From Desulfomonilia bacterium (GTDB taxonomy: Bacteria > Desulfobacterota > Desulfomonilia > UBA1062): a stretch of DNA of 64,000 nt. The stretch is from positions 96,001 through 160,000 of the forward strand of contig JBEKDT010000003.1 of NCBI GenBank assembly GCA_050014195.1. The letters run 5' to 3'. The translations under genes and the position numbers were made by a program. Of the stretch, positions 51,196-64,000 are shown piece after piece (position 1 is the stretch's first letter; each line of letters starts with the position of its first letter). Below the pieces are notes generated by a model that was not told the DNA's origin, ran no database searches, and was given only the letters and a program-made list of their open reading frames with translations.

Positions 51196-52275
51196 TTATA
51201 AAACCCTTGGCACAAACAGCTCTGTGAAGAGTCGCAGGAAAGCGGAATCAGTCAACCCTGCGATGAAATCCCTCACCATCTCGAAAGGATTATGGGTGTG
51301 GAGGTACCGCTCGCCAAGCCTGTTCAGGAAGTTTATGAAGACCGGTGAAGATTGATCTTTTTCTATAACGTCTTCCACGAGGCGGGAGAATACAAGCGAA
51401 TACATGGCCTTGATCTTAGTCGACTCCACCTTGACCAAAGGGTTGGTGTAGATCTTCACGTAGTTGAATTCCTTTAAGGCCATAAGTGCCTTGAAAATCC
51501 GTAGGGAATATACAATAACCTCTCCTGTAGAATGCCTGGCAAGGTCTTCCACCAGGGTATAGACGATCTTACCATTGGTATCGCCCAGCACGCGTACCAC
51601 AGCATCCGGAAGCTCATTTCTTGAGATGATGCCGAGCGATATGGCGTCTTCGATGTCTCTGCCGATGTAGCTCACCGTGTCCGCCACTCGTACCAGGCAA
51701 CCCTCCATGGTCATGGGCAAGGGGCTTTCACCCTTGAGGGCAGCGTACATCTTCCGGTCCAAATCCTCGAAGGTCACCCCTTTCTCGGGCGAGACGGACT
51801 GCTCGGTCATCTCGCCATTGTGGCACAGGATTCCATCAAGAACCTGTAATGTGAGATTCAGGCCTAAACCCGCCTTCTCGATGCGCTCAAGGGCTTGGAT
51901 AGCCTGGAGGTTGTGGCGGAATGGCCCGATGCCGGCATCTATGCAGAGTTCGTCCAAGTAATGCTCGCCGTCATGGCCGAAGGGCGGATGTCCGATGTCA
52001 TGGCCGATGGCGACGGCCTCGATGAGGTCATCATTGAGTCCCAGCTTTCTGCCGATGGTCCTGGCGATGCGGGACAGCAGCTGCACATGGATTACCCGGT
52101 GGGATATGCCCTGGTGCCCCACAAGGTAGAACACCTGGGTCTTGTCGATGTAGGATGTATAGGCCTGGGAGTGAAGAATGCGATCTACATCAATGGAGAA
52201 GGCATCCCTCATATCGGCCTTGCTCGACGCCTCAGGCCGCCTCCTGATACCATCTGCGGGATGGGACTTTTTCAT
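51196..52275 (-). CDS. HD-domain dGTP triphosphohydrolase-like protein
   Basis: DVDRILHS, KTQVF, GHDIGHPPFGHDGE, DFIAGLTD. Confidence 0.9.
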   Translation of the reverse strand: MKKSHPADGIRRRPEASSKADMRDAFSIDVDRILHSQAYTSYIDKTQVFYLVGHQGISHRVIHVQLLSRIARTIGRKLGLNDDLIEAVAIGHDIGHPPFGHDGEHYLDELCIDAGIGPFRHNLQAIQALERIEKAGLGLNLTLQVLDGILCHNGEMTEQSVSPEKGVTFEDLDRKMYAALKGESPLPMTMEGCLVRVADTVSYIGRDIEDAISLGIISRNELPDAVVRVLGDTNGKIVYTLVEDLARHSTGEVIVYSLRIFKALMALKEFNYVKIYTNPLVKVESTKIKAMYSLVFSRLVEDVIEKDQSSPVFINFLNRLGERYLHTHNPFEMVRDFIAGLTDSAFLRLFTELFVPRVL

Positions 52276-52280
52276 GATTA

Positions 52281-54352
52281 CTACTGCGTAGAAATCTTTG
52301 AGAACTTTGCCACCTTATCGAACAGCAGGACAAGCCCCTTCAGTAATGCAATGCGGTTCTCTCGGACCGCCACATCTTCGCTCATGACGAGCACCTTATC
52401 GAAGAAGCTGTCAATGGGCTCTTTGAGGCCTGCAAGCAGCTTCAAGGCATCTGTGTACTCGCCCTTCTGCGTATGGGCGGTAAATGTACCCTCCATGGTC
52501 CGGAAGGCCTTATGGAGGGCCTTCTCTTCGTCCTGAGCCAAGAGGTCAGGATTCACCTTAGCATCTGTGGCTGCCTTCTTGAGGATATTTTCCACCCGCT
52601 TGCTTGCCGCGCAGATGGACTCGAACCACGGTTCCTTGCGCATGGTTGCCAAGGCCTGCGCCCGCTGATAGGTGTCCACCGGGTCATCAAAGGTCCCGAT
52701 AACGGACTCGATCACATCACCGGGGATGCCCTTTCCCTGAAGAAGAGATACGAAGCGGTTTGCAAAAAATGCGATTGTATCATTCCTTGCCTCTTGGACC
52801 GGCCTTTTCAGTTTGGCATTGAGCTGCTTAAGCGACTCCTCAACAAGCCACGAAATGGAAATGCGGTAGCCCTTACCCAGCACGATGTTCTCAATGGCAA
52901 TAGTCTGCCTGCGCAGGGCATACGGGTCAGAGGTGCCGGAAGGGACCATGCCGATGCCGAAGCAGCCGCAGATAGTATCGATCCGGTCGGCAATGCCGAT
53001 TATGTCTCCCACTACATCCGAAGGCAGTTTGTCTTCAGCGGATGCGGGCAGATAGTGCTCTCGGATGGCAACGGCAACCTCCGGATCGATGCCCTGCCGG
53101 AGGGCGTATTCCCTTCCCATGATCCCCTGGAGCTCGGGCAGCTCGCCCACCATGAGGCTGTTGAGGTCTCCCTTGCAAAGATATGCCGCCTCTTTAACCT
53201 TATCCTTCTTGTCCGGTGCGATCCTGTCAGCCAGTGAAAGTGCTACCTGGCTGAATCGCTCTACCTTTTCATAGGAGGTCCCCAGGTCTTTATGGAAGAT
53301 CACGTCCTTGAGTCTGTCGGCATAGACCTTCAAGGGCACTTTGAGGTCCTCGTCAAAGAAGTACTTCGCATCATCCAGCCGTGCCTTGAGGACCCGTTCA
53401 TTACCCGTCCTCACCACTGAGTCGTCCTTGGGCACGATATTGCTGAAGGCGCCGAATGAGGCCTTGAGTTTGGAGCCGTCGCCGGCAGCATACATGGGGA
53501 AGTATCTCTGGTGGTGCTTCATCACCGTAACGAGGACCTCTATGGGAAGGTTGAGGAACGCCTCATCAAAGATGCCGATGATGGGATGGGGGTATTCCAG
53601 CAGGTTCACCACCTCATCGAGCAGGTCCTTGTCCAGGACCTCGGCGCCGATCTTTTTGGCTTGGTCACCCACGGCCTTCCAGATGGCTGTTTTTCGCTTT
53701 TCCAGGTCAGGGATGACATAGGCCTTCTCCAGGAGCCGCTCATAGTCAGAAGGATCTTTGACTTCGATCGGTCCCTTGGCCATAAACCTGTTGCCATAGG
53801 TGAACCTGCCTGCATGTATGTTGCCGAACTTCACGCTCAGGACATCCTTGCCGAACAGTGAGAGGATCCAGTGTACAGGCCGGGCAAACCTTACATCCGG
53901 ATTCGACCAGCGCATGGTTTTGGTAAACGGGATCTTCCCGATCATTTCTTCAAATATCCCCGGCAGTACCTCAATCATGGGTTTCCCGGGTATGGTCTTG
54001 GTGACTGAAAGGTACTCTCCCTTGGGTGTCTTGGCAATGCTGACCTCGGAGATGTCCACCCCGCAGGTCTGCGCAAATCCAAGGCCTGCCTTGGTGGGGT
54101 TGCCATCCTTGTCGTATGCAATGCCCTTGGGCGGACCCATCTTGGTTTCCACCGCATCAGGCAGGGTCTCAACCAGACCCGATATCCTCATGGCCAGCCG
54201 CCTGGGTGTAGAGAACATCTGTACCGTATCATGTTCAAGCTTGAGGGCAGAGAATTTCTCCGTGATGGAGGCCTTCATGAAGTTCAATGCAGGGACGATA
54301 AAACCCGAGGGGATCTCTTCGGTGCCGATCTCAAAAAGGAGTGTCCTCGCCA

Positions 54353-54353
<1 letters not shown>
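52281..54353 (-). CDS. glyS: Glycine--tRNA ligase beta subunit
   Basis: LFEIGTEEIP, TPRRL, GNERVLKARL, PELQG.MG, DPYALRR. Confidence 0.96.
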
Positions 54354-55213
<860 letters not shown>

Positions 55214-55224
55214 GCTCACCCCAT

Positions 55225-55935
55225 CTAGCATTGGTTCATATCCAGGTCAAGCAGCTTTGCCAGGAACATTGCGGTCTTAAGCGGCCTCTCGGATACCTTT
55301 GAGCACAGGCGCAGCAGGTATGAGGTGATCTCCCTCCTGGCCTGTGAGCTCACACTTACTCTGGAAAGAACATCCTTATCCAAACAGGATCCCTTCTCAA
55401 GGAACATACAGGCCTCTGTAGAAAGGCGCACTCGCTGTGTGCCATTGCCCGAACGGTCCATGCCCTGTGCCAGGGAATCAAAATCAATGCCGTAACCAAG
55501 GGAACGCAGAATATTCACCATGGAGATGCTCCACAACGGAAACCACTGCCTGCTGGGGTCCATGGCCGAAAGGGCGTTACGCAGGCATTCATAGGTAGTA
55601 GGCGATGGGTCATAGGGCCCGAGGTTCTGCTTGACCACCTCCAGAAGCACCGCCGAATGGCCAAGCAGCGAGAGGTCCTCGCGTATACCCAGATTCGCAT
55701 TGATCAGTATCGCCGACTCAATGCGCTGCAAATCAGAGCCGCGCCCGCGGTGGACCTCTAACGTCACCTCGCAGAAGGGTTCCAGTGTACCTGGAAATCT
55801 CTTCTTGCTCCGGTGTGCCCCTTTGGCGATGGCGGTGATGAGCCCTTGGTCCCTGGTCAGGGCATGAACGATCTTGTCCGACTCAAGGAAATCATTGGTG
55901 TGCAGTATGATGGCTTCAGTAGAGTAACGCGGCAT
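55225..55935 (-). CDS. recO: DNA repair protein RecO
   Basis: EAIIL...ESDKIV..LT...G...AIAKGA.RSKKRF...LEPF; upstream of glyQ. Confidence 0.85.
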   Translation of the reverse strand: MPRYSTEAIILHTNDFLESDKIVHALTRDQGLITAIAKGAHRSKKRFPGTLEPFCEVTLEVHRGRGSDLQRIESAILINANLGIREDLSLLGHSAVLLEVVKQNLGPYDPSPTTYECLRNALSAMDPSRQWFPLWSISMVNILRSLGYGIDFDSLAQGMDRSGNGTQRVRLSTEACMFLEKGSCLDKDVLSRVSVSSQARREITSYLLRLCSKVSERPLKTAMFLAKLLDLDMNQC

Positions 55936-55978
55936 TTATGGCCTGCTTTTAGATAATATCAGTAAGGTTTACAGCGCT

Positions 55979-56446
55979 TCATGAAGGGGAGATGTCGGCT
56001 TCCTCCAGGCACGTAGAGACATAGCCCTGAGACAGATTACTGGTCTTCAGGTCTCCCTGAGGCGCCTGTCCGCACCTCCTTAACGAGACGGCGAAGATAA
56101 CAATGGCGATCAGGATGGCTGCAATAATGATCAGCATCAGGGGCATTACCGGTTTGTTTCGATAGGACTCAATCTTTGCCTGCTTGTTCTTTTGCTCATG
56201 AGATGCCAGGGTCTCTTCCAGATGCGCCAGGAGTTCCTCTTCATCAAAATGAAATTCCTTGCTGATAACGCGGAGGAACCCTCTCAGAAACGTCCTGGGC
56301 GGGAGCATATCAAGCTGGTCTTCCTCAAGAAATATGAGGGTCTGTGCCGAGATCTTGGTCCTCTCCTCGATCTCTTTGAGATCGATTCCTTTTCTTTCCC
56401 TCTCCCTTTTGAAATATTCTCCCAAGGTAAGCTTCTCTTCCGACAT
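55979..56446 (-). CDS. RodZ-like HTH membrane protein
   Basis: LGEYFKRERE..GI.L.EI...TKI....L..LE, FLRGFLR, one TM segment. Confidence 0.8.
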   Translation of the reverse strand: MSEEKLTLGEYFKRERERKGIDLKEIEERTKISAQTLIFLEEDQLDMLPPRTFLRGFLRVISKEFHFDEEELLAHLEETLASHEQKNKQAKIESYRNKPVMPLMLIIIAAILIAIVIFAVSLRRCGQAPQGDLKTSNLSQGYVSTCLEEADISPS

Positions 56447-56573
56447 ACCCTTCTCCTGTATCCCCCAATATCACGACCTGTCCGACCAGGCAAGGATGAA
56501 TGCGCTGTCTTGATGCAGGATTGACTCTTGAGAACATCTGTGTCTACCCTAGGAAACTTAAAAATGGGGGAAC

Positions 56574-58964
56574 ATGAACATTCACGATCTGCTTGAATCC
56601 ATCACCAAACCTTCCCGGTACATAGGCGGCGAAGTAAACCAGATAATCAAGCCGGATGATGAGGTGAAGGTGCGTTTTGCACTCGCCTTTCCTGATATCT
56701 ATGAGATCGGGATGTCTCATGCAGGTATCAAGATCCTTTATAACATCCTCAATTGCATGCCCGGCGTCTGGGCACAGAGAGTCTTCGCGCCTTGGCCTGA
56801 CTTGGCGGAACAACTTTCCCGCAAGAACATCGCCCTTACGAGCCTCGAAGAAGGCCGACCCCTCTCACAGTTTGATATCGTAGGATTTTCACTCCTGTAT
56901 GAACTCTCCTATACCAGTATGCTCGGCATGTTGAAGATGTCCGGCATCCCTCTTTTAGCAGCACAACGAACCGATATTGATCCCATTGTAATCGCCGGCG
57001 GCACATTCTGTGCGAACCCCGCCCCGGTAATGGGTTTCCTTGACCTTGTGGTGATCGGCGACGGCGAGGAGATCGTACAGGAGATGGCAAAGATATGTAT
57101 GGCCACGAAAGACAGGTCTGAGCGTGTCAAGGCCTTTTCAGAGATTCGGGGGGTATACCGTCCTGGTGATACTGCAAAACCCAAAAGGAGGGTGCTGCCT
57201 GACCTTGACCTCTTCCCTTTCCCTGGTTCTCCCGTCTTACCCCATATAGGAATCGTCCACGACCGCATCGGCGTGGAGGTGGCCAGGGGATGCACGCGAG
57301 GGTGCCGTTTTTGCCAGGCAGGCATGATCTACCGTCCCTATCGTGAGCGCTCATACCAATCGGTGATGGACTCCTACCGGCAGGGTCTCGCTGCAACAGG
57401 TTATGACATCGTTGCCATGATGGCCCTTTCCATGACCGACTTGAGTTATTTAAACGAACTCATTGAATCGGTCCATTGCCCGTCCCGAGAGATCTCGGTG
57501 AGCATCCCATCATTGCGGGTGGAAGGTATCACCCGCAGGGTGGCCGACCTCATTGCCTCGGTCAAGAAACCTGGATTCACCATGGCACCCGAGGCTGCCA
57601 CAGAGAGGTTGAGGGCCGTGATCAACAAAGGCAACACCGAAGACGACTTGTTCAGGAGCGCATCGCTGATCAAGGAACTTGGATGGCGATCATTGAAGCT
57701 CTACTTCATGGTAGGACTCCCCTCAGAGGAAGATGCGGATATCGAAGCCATCTGCACGCTGTCCCGTAAGCTCGCTAAGGCCTTTCGAGGCAATCTCACC
57801 ATCAGCATCTCCTGCTTCATCCCTAAGGCATTTACCCCGTTCCAGTGGGAAGAACAGGCCTCCGCCACCCGCTACCAAGAGTTGTTGAACCGCCTTCAGA
57901 AACACCTGCGCCACCGGAGCATCACCCTCAAATGGCACGACCCGAGGCTGTCTTTCTTGGAAGGGGTTTTCGCACGTGGCGATGAGCGACTCTCACAGGT
58001 CCTTATGGAAGCACATCGCCGTGGCGCCTATCTGGACGGATGGAGTGATACCCTCCATGAGCATGCCTGGGACGAGGCCTTTGAGGCAACGGGGATCGAT
58101 CCTTCATCATATCTTGCACAAAGGAGAAGGGAGCAAGTGCTCCCCTGGGACTTCATCGATATGGGCATTAAAAAGGGCTTCCTGCTCTCGGAGCGCATGC
58201 GCGCCCATGGTGCGAAGCCTACCGTTGACTGTAGGGATGGGGAATGCAGCGGTTGCGGCGTTTGCTCTGAAGGACTTATGAATATCCTTCGCCCTAAGCA
58301 GGAACCCATTCACCTTTTTCAGGAGCCATCAGCCCATGGTGTATATCCCTATGTAATCGGCATCACCAAGGAGCAGGGGTTGAGGTTCCTATCCCCAAGG
58401 GAATTCCAGGAGATGATCAGAAGGGCCATCAGGAGAGCCGGCCTTGAAGCAATCTACTCCCAGGGCTTCAGTCCTATCATGAGGCTCAGCACCACACCTC
58501 CCACCTCCTACGGTATCGCCTCCAAATGCGAATATATCCAGATAGAAATCAAGCACCCACTAATTCCCCTGGAGATCTCCTCGCGCATCAATACCCACCT
58601 GCCGCCGGGCGCATCTGTCATCGCCTGCACTGAGGGCCGCCTGAGACAGGTGAAAGCCTTTACCTACAAGACCCTCAGACCTTTTTCTCTCACCCTCCCT
58701 CCCGATGCATGTGTTATTAAGGAAGGCACGTCTTTGCTTGTGGCAGATTATCTCGAATATTCAGACCCCCATACCCTAAGAATCGCATTTAGAAAGGGCA
58801 GGACTATTTCACCGGTGCTGCTCCTGGAAACCTATTCGCAAGACAAGCTCAGACTGGAAGAGATCATCAAAACCGAGACCCGGTTTGTTGAGGATAAGCC
58901 CAGAGAGATGTCTCCTGAGGTCGATGCACAAGATAGTGCTTCATCCAGAGACAATCAGGAATAA
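56574..58964 (+). CDS. B12-binding radical SAM protein (TIGR03960-like) fused to a TIGR03936-like domain
   Basis: KPSRYIGGE, FPDIYEIGMS, RGCTRGCRFC, C-terminal RFLS...RAIRRAG...YSQGFSP. Confidence 0.88.
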   Translation: MNIHDLLESITKPSRYIGGEVNQIIKPDDEVKVRFALAFPDIYEIGMSHAGIKILYNILNCMPGVWAQRVFAPWPDLAEQLSRKNIALTSLEEGRPLSQFDIVGFSLLYELSYTSMLGMLKMSGIPLLAAQRTDIDPIVIAGGTFCANPAPVMGFLDLVVIGDGEEIVQEMAKICMATKDRSERVKAFSEIRGVYRPGDTAKPKRRVLPDLDLFPFPGSPVLPHIGIVHDRIGVEVARGCTRGCRFCQAGMIYRPYRERSYQSVMDSYRQGLAATGYDIVAMMALSMTDLSYLNELIESVHCPSREISVSIPSLRVEGITRRVADLIASVKKPGFTMAPEAATERLRAVINKGNTEDDLFRSASLIKELGWRSLKLYFMVGLPSEEDADIEAICTLSRKLAKAFRGNLTISISCFIPKAFTPFQWEEQASATRYQELLNRLQKHLRHRSITLKWHDPRLSFLEGVFARGDERLSQVLMEAHRRGAYLDGWSDTLHEHAWDEAFEATGIDPSSYLAQRRREQVLPWDFIDMGIKKGFLLSERMRAHGAKPTVDCRDGECSGCGVCSEGLMNILRPKQEPIHLFQEPSAHGVYPYVIGITKEQGLRFLSPREFQEMIRRAIRRAGLEAIYSQGFSPIMRLSTTPPTSYGIASKCEYIQIEIKHPLIPLEISSRINTHLPPGASVIACTEGRLRQVKAFTYKTLRPFSLTLPPDACVIKEGTSLLVADYLEYSDPHTLRIAFRKGRTISPVLLLETYSQDKLRLEEIIKTETRFVEDKPREMSPEVDAQDSASSRDNQE

Positions 58965-59114
58965 GCGCTCTTTTCCCGGTAAACAACGGCAACAAAATGG
59001 GGCTCCCTTACGATATGTATGAATCATGACGTTATAAGGCCTTGATGTCCTTTATCTCGGGCTTTATGTAAGATCAACAAGCCCTATGTGTAAAACCCGG
59101 TCAGGAGGCATGAA

Positions 59115-61538
59115 GTGGACAATCCGTCAGACAAGCCCAAAGGTATCCTGGAAAAAGGAATTCAGATTCAGACTTCTCGCAAGGGATGCCCTCATTGCTC
59201 CCCCGCATCAGGACAACTTGAGTACATTGATCCTGTGTGCATGATGCGCACAACAGACAAAGATGCTTACATTCCCTATGAATATAAGGGGTCAACATAT
59301 TACTTCTGCAATCCCAAATGCCTGGAGAAGTTCAAGAATGACCCTCAAACATATATTGCCAAGCTCTCTGGTCCGAACCTCTCCATGACACAACCACCAA
59401 CCATGATGCAGGGAGATGCCCCGGGGAAATACACCTGCCCGATGGACCCGGAGGTCATCACCGATGGACCGGGCATCTGCCCCAAGTGCGGCATGGCTCT
59501 CGAGCCTTTGGCCCCTTCTTTGGAAGAAACCGAAAACCCTGAATATATCGACATGAAGAGGCGGTTTTTCTTTGGGCTCGTATTGACCATCCCTCTTATG
59601 GTTATTGCCATGCGTCATATGCTGCCCGGCCATCCCTTTGAAGGCATCGCATCCGAAAAGACCTTTATATGGACGGAGCTTCTCTTGGCGACTCCTGTGG
59701 TACTCTGGGCAGGATGGCCTTTCTTTGTTCGTGCTTGGATGTCTTTGAAGACAAGGAACCTCAACATGTTTACCCTCATCGGCATCGGCGTAGCCGTGTC
59801 TTTTGGCTACAGCCTTGTCGCAAGTCTTCTCCCGAATATCTTTCCGGCAACGCTGAAGGGCAAAGAGGGGACTGTGGGTGTTTATTTCGAGGCTTCTGCC
59901 ATGATCGTCACCCTTGTCCTTTTGGGCCAAGTACTTGAGCTCAAAGCGAGAGCCCGCACGGGTGAGGCTATCAGGTCCCTCTTGAGGCTTGCGCCAAAGA
60001 CAGCCCGGATCATCAGGGAAGACGGGGGGGAAGAAGATATCGCACTCGATATGATCCATCACGGTGACAACTTGAGGGTGAGGCCCGGGGAAAAGGTCCC
60101 CGTAGATGGAATCATCCTGGAGGGCGCAAGCGCTCTTGATGAATCCATGATCACGGGCGAGCCCATACCTGTGGAAAAATCAAAGGGTGACAAGGTTGTG
60201 GGGGCCACGGTGAATGGGAACGGCTCTTTTATTATGAAAGCCGAGAAGGTCGGCAGCGAGACGCTTCTGGCACAGATCGTTCGCCTCACCATCGAGGCAA
60301 GCAGGAGCAGGGCACCTATCCAACAACTTGCCGATATGGTGGCTTCGTATTTTGTCCCTGCGGTTTTTGCCGTCTCTCTTATCTCTTTTATATTATGGAT
60401 GATTATAGGGCCGGAGCCCAGGCTGCCCTATGCCATCGTATCAGCAGTATCGGTCCTTATCATAGCCTGCCCATGCGCTTTAGGCCTCGCTACACCCATG
60501 TCCATCCTCGTAGCCACAGGCATGGGGGCGCGTCTCGGTGTTCTTTTCCGTGATGCCGAGGCCATCCAGTCCCTTGAAAAAGTCGACACTATGGTAATAG
60601 ACAAGACCGGGACGCTCACTGAAGGCAAACCTACACTCCACACGATTATTCCAAGTGGTACATTTGACGAGACCAAACTCCTCTATCTGGCCTCAAGCAT
60701 CGAAAAGGGCAGCGAGCATCCCTTGTCTCAGGCCATCGTGCAGGCTGCCATTTTGCGTGGGATCCAACCGACTTCCCATACGGAATTCACCGCCCATATC
60801 GGTAAAGGTATTACCGGTATTGTGGATGGTTATAGGGTTGCATTAGGAAACGAGCGTCTGTTAGAAGACCTCCACATAGAGCCCGGATGGTTACATCCCC
60901 AGGCAGAGCAGCTCTCAAGCCAGGGTGCTACCGTGATGTACATTGCCGTTGATCTCAAGGCGCAAGGGGTCATTGCGGTCTCCGATACCATAAAGGAAAC
61001 ATCTACGTCTGCAGTACATATGCTTGTCCAAGATGGCCTTCACCTGGTCATGCTCACGGGCGATAGAAAAACCTCTGCAGAAGTAATCGCCAAGAAACTG
61101 GGTATCCACCATGTCATTCCGGAGGTATTACCTACAGAAAAGGCTGCCGTGATCAAAGCTTTTCAAGAACAAGGCCGCCTGGTCGCCATGGCAGGAGACG
61201 GCATCAATGACGCCCCGGCCCTTGCTCAGGCGAACGTGGGGATTGCTATGGGAGGAGGAACGGATATTGCCATCCAGAGCGCACATGTTACGCTCATTAA
61301 GGGAGATCTAAGGGCCATTGCCAGGGCGCGGCTCCTGAGCAAGGCAACAATGCGCAATATCAAGCAGAACCTCTTTTTCGCCTTTTTCTACAACATCGCC
61401 TGTGTGCCCATTGCAGCAGGGATACTGTATCCCTTCTTCGGGATCATCCTGTCACCCATGATCGCGGCTGCCGCCATGAGCTTAAGCTCCGTGTCCGTCA
61501 TCACCAATGCCATGAGATTGAGAAATTCCGACATCTAA
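59115..61538 (+). CDS. copA: Cu(I)-transporting P1B ATPase with YHS and heavy-metal-binding domains
   Basis: DPVC...YYFC (YHS), YTCPM.P...[24 protein letters not shown] and MxxSS. Confidence 0.92.
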   Translation: MDNPSDKPKGILEKGIQIQTSRKGCPHCSPASGQLEYIDPVCMMRTTDKDAYIPYEYKGSTYYFCNPKCLEKFKNDPQTYIAKLSGPNLSMTQPPTMMQGDAPGKYTCPMDPEVITDGPGICPKCGMALEPLAPSLEETENPEYIDMKRRFFFGLVLTIPLMVIAMRHMLPGHPFEGIASEKTFIWTELLLATPVVLWAGWPFFVRAWMSLKTRNLNMFTLIGIGVAVSFGYSLVASLLPNIFPATLKGKEGTVGVYFEASAMIVTLVLLGQVLELKARARTGEAIRSLLRLAPKTARIIREDGGEEDIALDMIHHGDNLRVRPGEKVPVDGIILEGASALDESMITGEPIPVEKSKGDKVVGATVNGNGSFIMKAEKVGSETLLAQIVRLTIEASRSRAPIQQLADMVASYFVPAVFAVSLISFILWMIIGPEPRLPYAIVSAVSVLIIACPCALGLATPMSILVATGMGARLGVLFRDAEAIQSLEKVDTMVIDKTGTLTEGKPTLHTIIPSGTFDETKLLYLASSIEKGSEHPLSQAIVQAAILRGIQPTSHTEFTAHIGKGITGIVDGYRVALGNERLLEDLHIEPGWLHPQAEQLSSQGATVMYIAVDLKAQGVIAVSDTIKETSTSAVHMLVQDGLHLVMLTGDRKTSAEVIAKKLGIHHVIPEVLPTEKAAVIKAFQEQGRLVAMAGDGINDAPALAQANVGIAMGGGTDIAIQSAHVTLIKGDLRAIARARLLSKATMRNIKQNLFFAFFYNIACVPIAAGILYPFFGIILSPMIAAAAMSLSSVSVITNAMRLRNSDI

Positions 61539-61650
61539 GATGCTCATACTCGGAAATGCTTGTATATTGGCATTGCCAGGCATATAATCTGGCTCGTCTC
61601 ATCTTGAGCGGAGGAGATTTTCCGCTTTAGAAAAGGCCTTACATATTGAA

Positions 61651-64000
61651 ATGGTGAAGCCGGTGGCGAATACAGTGGATCAGAACAGATTTGTACGTTT
61701 TTTACGCGGATATCTTCCTTGGTATACGGCAGCCTTTGTCGTACTCTGGGCCGGTGTCTTCTTCTGGAATATTTCCCACGTGCCCGGTATTCTTTTCACA
61801 CATACATCCCCATTCTCCCGCTTTTGGTTAGCCTTTATAGAGAGCATCTTCGTCCTATTACTGGGATGCGTTGGGCTCGTCATCATTCTAAAGGCCATTT
61901 ATAAACAAGGAGTTAACCGGCAGGACACATCATTGGAAGAGGCCTTTTCCCAGGCATTCATTAAGACCTCGACTTCTTTTTCCGTGGCCATAGATAAAGA
62001 CGGCCACACACGAATGATGAACGAGGCCATGCTCACTGAGCTTGGCTATACAAAGGAGGAAATCCTTTACACCGACTATCTGAATACCTTCGTTCCGGAG
62101 CGGGAAAGAACCAAGGTAGCATCGGTGTTCAAGGCCATCATGGAAAAAGATGCGCCCGTGGTATCACAGAATTACATTGTGGCAAAGGACGGTCATGAGG
62201 TTCTTGTCCACTGGAACGGCAGACCTTTTTATAAGGAAACCGGAGAGCTCGATTTCTTTTTCGGTACCGGCATCGACATCACCGAATGGAAGAAGACCGA
62301 AGAGGCCCTTGCCGCCAGCAAAAGTCGGTACCGTCTTTATGCGGAAAATATGCGCGATGTCCTTTGGGTATTGGACAATAACCTTCACTTTGTCTACATC
62401 AGCCCATCAGTGGAGTCGAGCTCGGGATATTCGGTGCAGGAAGCCTCCCATGTACCGCTCGAAAAGCTCTTCACACCCAAGTCATATCGGAGAGTTATCA
62501 GAATCATCGAAGATATCAAAGGGCGTCTCGCGAGGGGAGAGCATATCGATCCCCAAACATCCCTTACCATAGAGCTGGAGGAGGTCTGCAAGGATGGGTC
62601 TACCCGATGGACAGAGGTTATAGCAAGTCTTCTCAGGGACGATTATGGCAATCATGTGGGGTATCTCGGTATTGTCCGCGACATCAAACAGCGCAAACAA
62701 ACCGAAGAGGCCTTGCGTCAAAGTGAGGAAAAGTACCGCAATATCCTTGAAAACATTGAGGAGGGTTATTATGAGGTGGGTCTTGATGGGATCTTCATCT
62801 TTTTCAATGATTCCCTGTGCCGTATCTTGGGAAGTACCAGGGAAGAACTTTTAGGGATGAACTATGGCAGTTTCGTGAATGAGGAGCATGCACGTGAGAT
62901 CTATAAAACCTTTAACTCGGTCTTAAAAACTGGCATGGATTTGGAGTCGGCCGAGTGGGAGTTCACCAGGAAGAGTGACGGGCGTAAGATCTTTATCGAG
63001 AGCTCCGTCTCCCGCATCCTTTCCAAAAACGGAGTGTGCACTGGTTTTCGCGGCATCGTCCGGGATGTCACAACCCGTGTGAAGTCTGAGAAAGCCCTCA
63101 TGGAAAGTGAGCAGCGGTACCGCCTGCTTGCAGAGCACGCCAATGACATCATCTGGACCGCGGATCTTAACTACAATTTCACCTATGTCAGCCCATGGGT
63201 GAAGCATGTAGCCCGCACGACGGTTGAAGATATGATGAAGTTCACCATCAGGCACGTCATGAACCAGGAGACTTTCGAGAAGATTCATAACGATTACAAA
63301 GAGATTTTAATACGTATTCGCCGGGGAGAGCAATCGGTGGATACGGTTAGGAGATATGAATTCGAACACCTCCGCGGGGACGGCACCATATTCTGGGCGG
63401 ATACCATTGCATCGATCCTTTTCGATAATAACGGGAACCCCATTGGTTTTGTGGGGATAACAAGAGACATTACCGAACGGATCAAGGCCGAGGAAGAGAT
63501 CAAAAAGAACGAGGCCAAGTATCGAACCATCCTCGAGAGTATCCAGGAAGGGTATTATGAAGTGGATCTCAATGGAAATTTCACTTTCTTCAATGATTCC
63601 GTATGCAGGATCTCGGGATATTCCCCTGCAGAGATCATCGGCTCAAATTACTGCACCTGTACGAACGAGGATACGGCACGAAAGATCTACCAGCTGTTTC
63701 ACAAGGTATTTCTCACCGGTAACCCGGATAAGGGCTTTGATTGGCAGGTTTTAAGCAAAGATGGTTCAAAAATAGATATTGAGAGCTCAGTTACCCTCAT
63801 GCAGGATGCACAGGGAAATCCCATAGGATTCAGAGGGTTGATACGCGATATTACCGAACGCAAACAGGCAGAAGAACACCTGAGACTCTCCCGGGAACAA
63901 CTCAGGAATCTCCACATACATACCCAGGAGCTTCGTGAGCAGGAACGCGCACGAGTGGCCCGGGAGATCCACGACGAGCTGGGGCAGGTGCTCACTGCCC
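61651..64000 (+). CDS. Membrane-anchored multi-PAS sensor histidine kinase (HisKA_3, NarX/UhpB type), runs off the window
   Basis: Manual translation from ATG 61651: two TM helices, repeated PAS/PAC units (..RDITERK.AEEAL), ending EQERARVAREIHDELGQVLTA. Confidence 0.88.
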   Translation, partial: MVKPVANTVDQNRFVRFLRGYLPWYTAAFVVLWAGVFFWNISHVPGILFTHTSPFSRFWLAFIESIFVLLLGCVGLVIILKAIYKQGVNRQDTSLEEAFSQAFIKTSTSFSVAIDKDGHTRMMNEAMLTELGYTKEEILYTDYLNTFVPERERTKVASVFKAIMEKDAPVVSQNYIVAKDGHEVLVHWNGRPFYKETGELDFFFGTGIDITEWKKTEEALAASKSRYRLYAENMRDVLWVLDNNLHFVYISPSVESSSGYSVQEASHVPLEKLFTPKSYRRVIRIIEDIKGRLARGEHIDPQTSLTIELEEVCKDGSTRWTEVIASLLRDDYGNHVGYLGIVRDIKQRKQTEEALRQSEEKYRNILENIEEGYYEVGLDGIFIFFNDSLCRILGSTREELLGMNYGSFVNEEHAREIYKTFNSVLKTGMDLESAEWEFTRKSDGRKIFIESSVSRILSKNGVCTGFRGIVRDVTTRVKSEKALMESEQRYRLLAEHANDIIWTADLNYNFTYVSPWVKHVARTTVEDMMKFTIRHVMNQETFEKIHNDYKEILIRIRRGEQSVDTVRRYEFEHLRGDGTIFWADTIASILFDNNGNPIGFVGITRDITERIKAEEEIKKNEAKYRTILESIQEGYYEVDLNGNFTFFNDSVCRISGYSPAEIIGSNYCTCTNEDTARKIYQLFHKVFLTGNPDKGFDWQVLSKDGSKIDIESSVTLMQDAQGNPIGFRGLIRDITERKQAEEHLRLSREQLRNLHIHTQELREQERARVAREIHDELGQVLTA

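Noticed and set aside
56574-58964. Radical SAM fusion as a novelty
   Set aside because: The TIGR03960/TIGR03936-type fusion is a recurrent, already recognised arrangement.
61900-63900. Recurrent similar sequence blocks suggesting a repeat array
   Set aside because: They are tandem PAS/PAC domains within the kinase gene, not CRISPR or DGR repeats.

Overview
A gene-dense, mostly core-genome window of about 50-55% GC (estimated by eye). Gene content suggests an anaerobic deltaproteobacterium of the Desulfobacterota/Syntrophia type (inference). It carries pdxR-pdxST, greA, rplY, an rph-rdgB-archease-rtcB cluster, two GT-C membrane glycosyltransferases, ssb, beta-oxidation genes (fadN-like plus thiolase), a cold-shock gene, icd next to a Re-citrate-synthase-like enzyme with a C-terminal Cache domain, hisS-aspS, recO-glyQS-dGTPase, three radical SAM genes, a Cu-type P1B ATPase and a partial multi-PAS histidine kinase. 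I saw no rRNA, tRNA, CRISPR array or transposase. The most notable feature is absent from the ORF track. At 41822-41994 there is a Phe-rich leader peptide (MAKKTFGFFFFD*) with mutually exclusive antiterminator and terminator hairpins. It lies upstream of a Liv-type ABC transporter/CoA-ligase/phenylacetate-CoA-ligase operon rather than a biosynthetic phe gene. This suggests phenylalanine-controlled salvage of phenylacetate for Phe synthesis (inference).
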